In this document: piece after piece, positions 1 through 11,100 of the stretch | Position numbering within the stretch: the first letter of the stretch is position 1 | Layout: every line of letters starts with the position of its first letter | NCBI GenBank assembly: GCA_964035545.1 | Contig: OZ037765.1 | Location: 7,884,698 to 7,948,697 of the forward strand | From: Bugula neritina | Taxonomy: Eukaryota; Animalia; Bryozoa | Reading direction: 5' to 3' | Length of the DNA stretch: 64,000 nucleotides | Notes under the pieces: generated by a model | The model's input: the letters and a program-made list of their open reading frames with translations, nothing else | Database searches by the model: none | What the model was told of the DNA's origin: nothing | Made by a program: the position numbers and the translations under genes

Positions 1-518
1 AATTCACTAGGGAAATCTGATCACCCAGCCTCTTCCAAATATTAAACAAAATAATGCTGGACAAGAGTACTATCAAAGAATCAGTGATCAAAATCATCAA
101 TAAAACTTAATAACAATAGCAGTCATTATTTGATATCTAATTGCCAATATGTCGCACCAAAACATATTTGAATAGCTTTTTATTAGGTATGCTAAATAAT
201 ATTATCTTTTCGTATCTATCAGGTTCGAAATTCCCTTTTCACTACTGTAAATCTACCCCAGTAAAAATTAGAAATTGTTTGAGAGATATAAATAAATATA
301 AATCCTGTAAAGTTTTACAAAGCTTTTGCCTTAAGATAATAGCCATTTCACACACCTCTGTCTTTCAAAAAATCAAACTAAAGAGTCACTGCTACAATTT
401 AAATTTGAGTATGAAAAGAGGGTAAAAAAGCCTAGCAATGTATGTTGGCTTTGAATTTCATGACAACCAAATGACTTGAAAAATTGACCAAACTGAAGAG
501 GTAGGTGGAGCTGGTGTA

Positions 519-2062
519 TTAATGATGATAAGCTGCCTTCAATACAAGTTTTTGGAGATATATTTTTAGGAGATATATAACTGAATACATACTTTGAATA
601 ATATTACAACTGCCAAACAATATGTTTGAATATTGAACAACAAAACTCTGTTCGGCAAGAAGAATGAATAGAATCAAAAATTACCTGAACTGCCATATAT
701 TCCAGCTTCTGTTGCAAGTTTAAGGGATGAACTTTGAACAGTCTTAGTATTAGAGGCATTACGCGATTGTGAAGCACTCACTGAAGATTTTGAACTTCGA
801 AGTGATGACTCGTCTATTTTGAATAAAGTAGCCAGTAAACTATGAACAGTTTCTTGATCGGATATATCTGCTATTGTCGATGATTTTGGAAGTGTGGAGT
901 ACTTAGTGTCTTTCAGTGCAGGGTGCAGTGAGCCCAGATCATGTACAGATGCAGAAGACACTGGGACACTGATAGATGATGCACTAGTAGTAACAGTTAT
1001 TGGTATCGACAATGAGGCAGTTACTGGCACTGTACTAGAGTCCAAAATATCCGGTGATGATTTGGCTTTTGTACTGCGAGATTTACTGCCAGTTGATTTG
1101 CCAGATGGCGTATTTCGTTGACGTTTCAGAGACTTGGGTCTGGGTATTATCAAGGGTGGAACCAATTTAGGAACTGAGCCAGCAGCATCCTACAAACATA
1201 GGCAATGTAACTGTCTTAACTCTATGAACATTTTGTCCTTCAGTGAAACATTCTGCTTTAAGTAAGAACAGTATAATCATGCATTCCTAATCATATCTTT
1301 TCTTTGCAAAAATATTTTATCCGTTATTTCAGCCACAATAAAAAAAGGAAAAACAGCTCCTTACTTTTTCAAAATTATCTGAAGGATTATTGGAACCATT
1401 GGTAGTGGAACTATTCAAGAGATTATTGATTGTTGAAGTACTAGTAGATGGTAGGTCGGAGTGTTTACTGGGGTGTAGATGGGAAGAGCTTTGGGTACAG
1501 GTAGACTCAACCTTAGCAGACTTGCTGAATGTCAGTGAGATGACTCTATCACCTAAAATAAAAAGTAAAATCAGAGAAAAGTGGCATAACAAGTCACAAC
1601 AGATGATAGAAATGTTCATAAACATGCAGTGCAATACTATACCTTCCATCTGCAAAGATATGATGCCCAAGTTTCGTAGAGCTGCTCCGTCATTCTGATT
1701 AGCTAAAAGCTTCAGCCTTTCTGCAGCTTCTTTAGGAATGTTCACTGTAACTTTAACACTATTCCAGGGTTCTACCTTTTTTATTACTAAATTATCTTGA
1801 CCTAAAAAAACAATATATTTCAAAAAGAGCATCATAAACATCAATATTAAATGACTGCTATAAGCACACCTAATTTAAGAGGTCAACAGAAATAAGTTAG
1901 AATTCAACTTCCTAAAAACTTACCTGATTTGAGTAAAGCCTGTAGTTTTTGGTTCAGCAACTCTAATTGCTGAGGAAGATTTGGATCATCATAATCTCCT
2001 TTACAAGTAAAAATGGCTTCCACATAGTCTGGCGGCTGACCAGTGTCAGGTTTTGGAGCCAT
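519..2062 (-). CDS. NCOA6: NCOA6-like protein (N-terminal NCOA6 nucleic-acid-binding-type domain followed by a Ser/Thr-rich tail)
   Basis: Spliced exons 2062-1924, 1801-1643, 1552-1365 and 1189-685 with GT-AG junctions. They encode ...IFTCKGDYDDPNL...[53 protein letters not shown], matching the NCOA6 signature [27 protein letters not shown]. The last exon (532-519, AYHH*) is tentative; the gene could use another 3' exon or run off the window. Confidence 0.8.
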
Positions 2063-4349
2063 AGTTACCCAATCATCTGCAAGATTTTATAGCCTATGAC
2101 ATAGTCTATATTTTCGTACAAAACATTAATACATGAACCATAAAAAATAACTTGAGAAGCACATTTTGTCATAAAAATGTAGTCATCACCAACATAATTA
2201 ATAACATGGACATCATGCAAACTACTAGCATCTGAGCTTTGCGCTTTTTTCCACTTATCTTGTAATCTATGTAACCTAAACACACCTGGAAAACTTTACG
2301 AAATGGGCCTTTACACTTACTCTGATCCATAAAGAATTATGAACTATAAAATTGAAGGAATTAATTTTAAAGTTTTCTCTAAGTGCAAAATGTTTATTAC
2401 ATTATTTTGACTTGCAAAAAACCTCAAGAGCCCAAGCCAACATGATTTCAATTGAACTCTGCTTTTGGTAAACTTTGTTTGTCTTCTGGCATTGAGGTAC
2501 TTTACAAAACACTACATTATTCAGAGTAAGTGAGGCTCAAGCTTTGAAAAAGTCTAAGATTGCTGTAAAGCAATTAACCAATGAGTATTTTACATAGTAG
2601 TATAGTATTATACTTTGTACATTTTTAGATGCCAACATATTATAAATTTGAGCAAAATAAAAGGTTTTTATTACTGGCAAATGAAACTAAATTGAATGAT
2701 AAACTGTAGTCTAAAACTTGCAGCTGCTAAATACATTAGGACTTGTGTAAATATACAGTTTTAGTACCAGTAATATAATAAACTTACAAAACATCTTTAT
2801 TAGGCACAAAACAAAATTAATGTTATTTAATTGAGTGTCCAGTTTGACCTGTTGTAACTATGGTTAACTTTACAAATACTAAAATGCATTACTATAATAT
2901 AAAAAAATTATGAACAATAAGGGTTCGCAACTAATACACAAAACACTGCATTTGCTAGATTTTGGTTAGAGCACATCAAAATATACATTGGATTTGAAAG
3001 AAAGTTCAATGAAACAAATGATAAATGGACAAGTTTATACCCATTTAGAATGATGGCACAACAAATGTGCAATATACAGAGGAATGAGAATCAAATAACA
3101 AGACAGCTTAACTAGGACTTGAACATTCCTAGGCCAGAATCCTATTAAGTTAAAAAAGTTAAAATTGAATTGCTAATACAGAAAACATGCTCTAAATCAA
3201 TAACTCTAATAATTTAAAAATAAACCCAAATTAGAAATTCTAATTAAATCAATTCACATTAAAGATTTCTCAAAGTCAAATTCAAAAGTCTTTTCAGTAT
3301 TACAACAAACATCACATTTTTCACACCCTAAAGTATTAACATGAAACCAAGTTGCAGTAGGTTAGCTGTAATTGGCAATACTTACACCAAAATCGCCATG
3401 AATATGAGTATTGGCTAAGTCTAAGAATTTTATCTCTGACATCAATGTTTTTATTTCAAACAAATAGTGAAATAGTATCACCGAAACTATTGCATTTTTA
3501 CAGTATATTTAATCCGAATTGGCTCAAGCTGCGAACATCTAACAAAAGCACTTAATACTATAAAGTTTAACTTTGCCTTATAAAAAATTACAATTATCAT
3601 ACAGATTAACTAAGAATAAATGCGTAATATTACCTAGACAAGTAAACTTAGAAACTGACTGGCATAAAACTAAATCTAAAAATTGAAATAAGAGAATCTG
3701 AATGAGAATGCCACTCAAAATTTGAATTACTATTAGTATTAGCATTACTCTCCTACTAGCTACTAGTATTTGGAAACTAAACATTAGTACCTACAAGTAC
3801 AATCAATTTAACTTCAACTTGAAGCTACTTATTGAATAACTTATTGTTAACATGATATTTATTCTTAACAGTTTGAGTTTATTACTATACCTATAAATAC
3901 AAGTATAAAATCAAATATAAAATATGGTTCTAAGTTAAATCTTTAAGTTTAGACGTTTATAATTATTAATTATTATTAGAAATGATGACATTAATTATAT
4001 GGACTCAATTTTCATTCTAAAAATAATTGAAAAACAAAGAGTTTTATTAAGTCTTGCTATCCTTGTATACGTATATGTTCCAAGTTTTACTATTACTATT
4101 AGTATTAGATTTAAATTTAGTTTAATTTCAAAGTTCAAGTTTTACTTTAATTTTTATTTCAACTTAGCATGAGTTGAATGGATGCTTAGATGCTTTTAAT
4201 GTGAATACTAAACAATTGCAATTAAACAACTATAAAAACACACAGTCCAAAAACCTGTAGCTATAATTTTTTTAATACCTTACCAAAGCAATACATATGA
4301 ATAGCACTTTTTAATATTAATTAACATTTTGCAGTAACAAAAATAGCTT

Positions 4350-4430
4350 TCGCCATTTGCATCAACTTCATTGCGCATGCGCTGTGGTCTTGTTTTAGTG
4401 CATAGGAGGCGCTGCGTGTCGACCGGAAAA
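4350..4430. promoter_or_regulatory. Putative bidirectional promoter core of NCOA6/NUP160 (YY1-, NRF1- and ETS-like motifs)
   Basis: CpG-retaining patch with CGCCATTT (4351-4358), TGCGCATGCGC (4372-4382) and ACCGGAA (4422-4428), lying between divergent genes. A candidate 5'UTR donor for NCOA6 (G|GTAAGG on the minus strand) is at 4283. Confidence 0.6.
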
Positions 4431-5191
4431 ATGATATGTGTTACAGCGTTGGCAATTCGCTACATTATGGAGCATTACCCACTTACATATTTCAACTCGA
4501 TAAGCGGCCAATTTCAACCTTTTTGTCATTTACAACCCATGCATTTTGCAGAACTTCGACTAACATGAAATGTCGATTGCTCGCAACCACATTTTTAATT
4601 GTCGCGTTATATTTATTACTCATAACCACACCAAGTACAAAAGATGCAGCCAAATATTAACACTAGCAGCAACCGAAATACGACTAATATTTATAAATAT
4701 AACATTTATGATTTTTTTTTAATTTTAGTTTGATAATTATTATTATTTATTATTTTATATAAAGTAATGTTGAATTTATGTATAATATTAAATTTAATAT
4801 TATTATTATTATTCAACTTGCAGTTGCTATTTCTATTAAATTTACTTTTAGTATTACTATTAGTATTAGTATTACTATTAGTATTAGATTTAATATAATA
4901 AGTATAACTAGTTGGCGGTTACAGTGACACTGAGTCTGACTATCACAGTGACACTGAGTCTGACAGTCACAGTGAGTGTGACTGTAGGTGCAAGTCAAAA
5001 TGAGAGCTTGAAAGTCTAAGTGTAGAAACTAGCAGTAAAGTAGTTGTAACAGTAAGACTAAGTCATTAAGTGTAACTTAAGTTAGTCTATTCACTAATTT
5101 AGATTCGAAATTGTAAGTAATACAAAAGTTGTTTATATTCTATTTCTTTCACCAGCCAGGTTGTCAGCTAAACCTGTGATTGTAAATTACC

Positions 5192-8100
5192 ATGACTCAA
5201 AGATATCGAGAAGTGTCCGTGTTGCAGAGAGAAACAAAAGTGAAATGGATTGAACACGCTATTACAGACGGTAAATCTACTCAGCCCTACACTGCAGTTA
5301 AGCCTGAATGGGACTATGCATTTTAAACAACTATTTCTTTGCATAAGCCCTATTTGTTTTTGTCCATTTTATTGTGGTTTCTTTTCTTTGTAGCTGGTGT
5401 CTGTACTGCGTTATCTTCAAACTTGGCTTTTGTCGAAAAAGCAGGAGGTCAAAGTTTTCACTGTGCCAACAGCTTCACTGTCTCATGGTCAGTATAACAT
5501 TTGTGCAGTACATGACTTCATAATTCTACTCATACGCCCGGGCATGGCCATGTTTTTCATGGTTAAAAAACTCGTCAAATTTATTTTTTTAAGTTGGAAT
5601 TGTCAAAAGTCATAATTTGATTGAGATTTATTTCATTGTGCTTTTGTTTTAGGAGAGTACATGACAATATCGCAGAAATCGTATTAGATGGGATCACCAG
5701 AGCTATCAGTACCCATAGAGTTAGGATTACCTGTAACAGACTGATTGTTGGCCATCCAACATTTTCTTTAGTTGGCAATGAGCTTACTTTGATGATGGCT
5801 TCTCTTTCATCTGTTCATTTCATAACCTTTGATACATCTAAGCTGAAGGTAGATGCTAGATTCTCATATATCTGTAAAGTCTCTGTTGAAAAGTTGTTTC
5901 TGTTCCAATTATTTTTTGTGTACCTGCTATAATATGGATACTAATACACAATACATGACGTTTCTTTATTTGCACTGTAGTTAGTCTCAAGTATTCATTG
6001 CTTCTGATTTTCTCTATAATAAAATGATTTCTTTTTGTAGAAGAAAATGGCCATATGTTTTACAGAATCACACATAGTGAACACCGACTCTGTTCTTGTG
6101 CAATGTTCAGCTAAAGCCACAGAAGATTTTGGCATCTTATTTTCACTGACAACAGAAAGTGGAAAACTGTTGATGGTGAATGCTGTGGACGGTAGAGCAC
6201 CCTATGCTAGTCATCTAAAGCTTTCATTAGCGATTTACTATTTCAGATTACTGATCAATGTGTCAGTTCTGTCATGTATTGAAATTGTCACATGTTAAAA
6301 AGTATGCTGCATAGCTTTGGGAACAACCTGATCAGTGTAATATAATTGTTGCAGTGAAATGCTCTTTGCTGTTTGTTCAACTGGACAAATGTTGATTCAG
6401 TTGGTACTGTGCAGTTTCAAATAGCACTATAAATTCATTGCTTTACACAGATATAGTAATGCTATTTACATAAAACTGCTCTGATCGGCAACTTCTGACA
6501 AACCTATCAACTTAGTTCTTGTTCGGAAATAAATTAGCAACCTAAGAGCATTTGAAGCATTCAGTTAATTTTTCGGAAAGAAAATTAAGTTTTATTGGTT
6601 TTTATGAAAAGATCTTTCTGTGCCCAGTTTTTATAGTTAAACAATTTTAGCTTTGGTAAATCTATAAATTTCTGATTTTGTGCCATATGGAAATCGAAAA
6701 TGAATCTTTATTTCTGATGCTCTGTAAATTAATGCTGCGTTATTTACTATATCTTAATTGGTAATAACTTATTCAGGTAAATATGAAGAAATCTTTCTAC
6801 AGCAGACATCTATTCTGGGTACTATTTGGAACAAAGTTCGAAGATCTGTTGTGAGGTAAGTGTCTATTTGAGGAGTTTTTTTTGCAATTGATGCTGAATT
6901 TCTCATTTAATGTCTGTTTTTGTTAAACAGGTCTTTTGAAGACACTAAGTTATGCATATACCTTCTAATTTTGAAAGTTGTGTAGATGTTGGTATGTTCA
7001 TAGTAAAAATTCTTGTCATTTAGTGTGATGGTAAACCGATTTTTCATTAGCTGTTTTCATTCCACTTGTTTGCAGTGGGCCTACCAACCACCATGATGTT
7101 GTGTTTTCTGCTATTTCTGATGAACATCCCTCCATATATTGTCTTACAAGGAACCTGCAGGTTCAACAGTGGGCTATGGGAGTAAGTCTGAAATTTTGAG
7201 ATTTTGAATCCCAATTTTTTCCTTTTGATTTATCCGTACTGTAAGACTGTTGATTATTCTACCTGTGCCAAAACTGTTTTTCTTATTCTGTGTATCTGCA
7301 TGCAATATAAAGTTTTATTTGTTGTATGTTTTTTTAATTCTAGACTTGGGAATGTTTAGGCACACACAACTTACTAAATACAATCACCACTAACCAACAA
7401 GTGGAAGGTGTAGCAGTTAAATACTTTCTATCTCAATCTCAAAGCTTTCTTGGCATTGCACTAGCCGATGGGGAACAATCAAAGGTATGTTTATTTATAT
7501 GCTAATTGTTTCAATATTGTTTTGAAGTACTGTTTGGATTATTCACCTGTTTTAGCATTCAATTTGTGCAGATTTATTATTTGTACGGTTTTAGATTATG
7601 CTGGTGTGCCTGTCTGACGAGACTGGCAGTCTAGGGCGTTGTGTCCTCACTGCTGATTGCGGTGCTAACAAGTTGATAGCATTTGAGCTGGTCGAAGAAC
7701 TTCTTTTCATATTGTGGGAGAACAGTGATGGCGCTGCAGAACTTGTTCACTTGGCATTTGATGTCAGGTGAGTGGAGCCTCTTGAATTCAGCATAGTCAC
7801 CATTTGTAATGTGCCATGCAATAGATTATGTAATCCATTGTGTTTTGTTTATATTCTAAAATATGTGTGCATTACTGTTATTCAAAATATCTTTAAAATA
7901 CAAAGTTAATGTCATCCTATCAACCAGTTACGTTCCTAATAGTTTTTTTCTGCATGAATATTCTTAGCTGTTTGATTGGTTAATTGTAGGGAACCAAAGT
8001 TCCTGAAGTGTTGTCTTGACGCTCAAGTTTTGCCGCCAGTTGAGCTGGAAAGTTGGGATGAACCGCGTGAAAAATTCTGTGAGATTCTGTTTGGCAGCAA

Positions 8101-11100
8101 TAAAGTTAGTAGGTCTGCTATTGTTGAGGCACTCCACAAGCTAGACCCTGTTTCAGTAATGATGGACACGAATGATCTAAAAGCAGTCATCTGTGATACG
8201 GTTATGAATAAGGTACTTACCTGTAAATACTTATTGTATATACGTTATTTATTATAATGCAATTTGCAAGCATGAAGACATGTTTAAACTTCAATGGCAG
8301 GTATGAAAACACCAATGGCAAACAAGAGTGTCTCTGCTGATACGCTGTTCAGTTTTGTCATTAAAAAAAATGTTTTACAGATAAGAAGCAAAGTTGAAAC
8401 CAGCAAGGTGACAAATGCTGAATACAGAGAAGCACAAATTGACATCTGGCAAAGCTTTTACACCAACGTGTCCCAATATCATCAGGTAGCAGATGCTTGC
8501 AGTGGTCTGAACTGAAGCTTTTCTTTGCTACATAAAAGTATCTCAATATGGCAATAATTACGAGTAGAGAAATTTTGGTTACAATAAATATAATATTGCT
8601 ATAATATTGCTTGCTATTACTAAAGTTAAAGCCAGTCATGATCTACAAATCATTTTTAAAGCTTTCTATTGAAGGGCGATTTTGTTGTTTATATCCTCAC
8701 AATGGCTGTACAATTCAAAACTTAGTCAATTTGTTCGATGAATAAAAGTGGCATGTGTGTTTCAGGTGTTCCAAGAACCTGTAGGTCTAGTGGCTGGTTG
8801 TCCAGGTTTACCCATTGCCCTGATAACAAAGGTATTGTAGTTATGTTTAGCTGCCACTTTTGCAAAGTCTGCTGGCATATATAATTGTATCAATAGGCTA
8901 TGATTTTTGTACGATAAAGTCATATAAACCTTTAAACCTTTTAGAATATTCTTGCATGAATTTGAAATTAAACACTCTTTTATAGTTTTATTAAACTGCA
9001 GTGGTAGTCTATTAAGGCCTGAGAGTTTCAAAGGGTTTCGGTTGATATATGCTATCACTGTATTTCAATTACTTTGAATTGAGTGGATGCTTGTATGGAT
9101 GAATATGTGGTTGCGGTATGCATTAGCATTAGTGTTTTCATTCGATACAACTTTTTTCAATTATCGAATGAAAAATCCATTCACATAATGCGAAGCTCCG
9201 AAACACAGCGTATATCACAACTTTGAAAGTATGGATTGTTTGGTATTTGCAGGGTAGTGTGTCGTATCTGAGGCCGTGTGAAGCATTGGAGCAGCAAATT
9301 CTCTTTCCCAGTGACCCACTCGACAGCTCGTCCGCTGTCAATCAGGATGTCGTCTCCATAATGCAGGCTGCTTTTCAGTTGCAGAACACTGTGCAGGGTT
9401 TTGAGGATCATGTTTATTTAGCTGTCCTCAATTCTGAAAATGTCTTTGACACATTTGAACAAGTGCTCAACACTATCACTAGAAGGTACATTGCTGCTAA
9501 ACATTATTTTATAGACAGGATTTATATACCTAGTGCAATAATCTGTTGAAGTAATATCTTGAATTTATCAAGTTTTGTTATTATTTGGAGTTGAATTGCA
9601 TTTAACTAAAAAAAGATAAAATATACACTTATTGGAAAAGGTTAATATTATGTCTAAGAAACTAAAACTGGTTGTTTTGAAATATTGGTATCACAAAGCT
9701 GCAAATTAAAAAACAGCTTGCTAAATTATTTTTTCTGTAATGTTGAATTCCCTGTGATGAATAACTGTAATTCATAAATTCTTGATAAAACTGTGTCTTG
9801 TTGACAGTAATTTTAACTTGATTACTTAATAGTTTATGCCTTGTATGCTGTTTGCAACATTGCAATTGTAAATGCATAAACATAGCAAACACAAAGTGAT
9901 GGCAATGCTATACTCTGTCATGTATTGTAGAGCTGATCATGCTGCGATCAAGGCTAGATTTTGTACACACATTCAGGGCATCCACTTGTTGCATGAAGGA
10001 TTTACAGTTTTTTTACATCTTCTCAACATAGCAAATAATCTACCGGCCGATGCACCACCTTCAGTTACAGGTTCGCTACTCCATATTAAATATCAATGTG
10101 CATATGTCAGAGCACACATGTGGCTCATGTAATGCAAATTATGTTTTAATACTTTTTCAAGTTCTCCTGTAGTGACCAATTGCAGCAAAATTATATTTTG
10201 GTAAAGTCAGAAAGACGATGAATTCAATAAGTTGTTAAAAAAATAAATTCATATTATGAAATACTTGAAATATTTAAAAGTTAAGAAATTAAAAGCTCAT
10301 GTAATAAATTATGTCTTTTGAGGTGACATCTTGCAGTTCTTAATATAGCACTGTAAATTTTTATTGACTTAAGTGTCAATATTTGTTTATTATTTTTTTA
10401 CAATTTCTTGTATTTAGCATGTTTAATTTGGTGAGTTGCCAATAAGCAAAGAAGTGATAACAGATGTTTAGTCAATTCTATTTGTAGATGAAAACCCATT
10501 TAGCTCCATCAGTGAGACGGGGCAGCTGATAGTCTGCTCTTCTGTTCATGACATTGCGGAAGCTCGATACAGGCTTTGCTGTCGGCTCATTCTCTTCCTG
10601 CAGTATCTCACTCGGCTTGGTGAAGAAGTTAGTGTCGTTTTATATCTTTCAATTCTCTGATAAGTCTATGACCAATAATAGCACAAGCCTCAGAAATATT
10701 CTTACTTTCAACAAGTTTCTTTTGTTAATTTACTAAATAGAACATCTTTCAAATTTTCTGACAACTCAAATACTTCCAAGTTATAACAGATGCATTCATT
10801 AATCTTAACATCTTAAAACGCCTACATTTCTCTTCTGCTCACGGATATTTAACAATACTCTTTGTATCTGAGAAACCCTTAAAAAGTACTCTAAGCTAAT
10901 ATAGTTATTATTTGCTCTGTTCTTCAGTTTCATACTTGACCATTTTATCAGTTTTTCTGACATTGCCCACTAAGTTATTTATATGCACACACGCTGTTGC
11001 TCTGAAGCTTAAAAAATTCTATAAATCATGTTTTTAATTTTTGTCAAAGTTCCCAAAATAACTTTTTTTTCTCACTGCTCAGGTGAATAGATGTGAGGAA

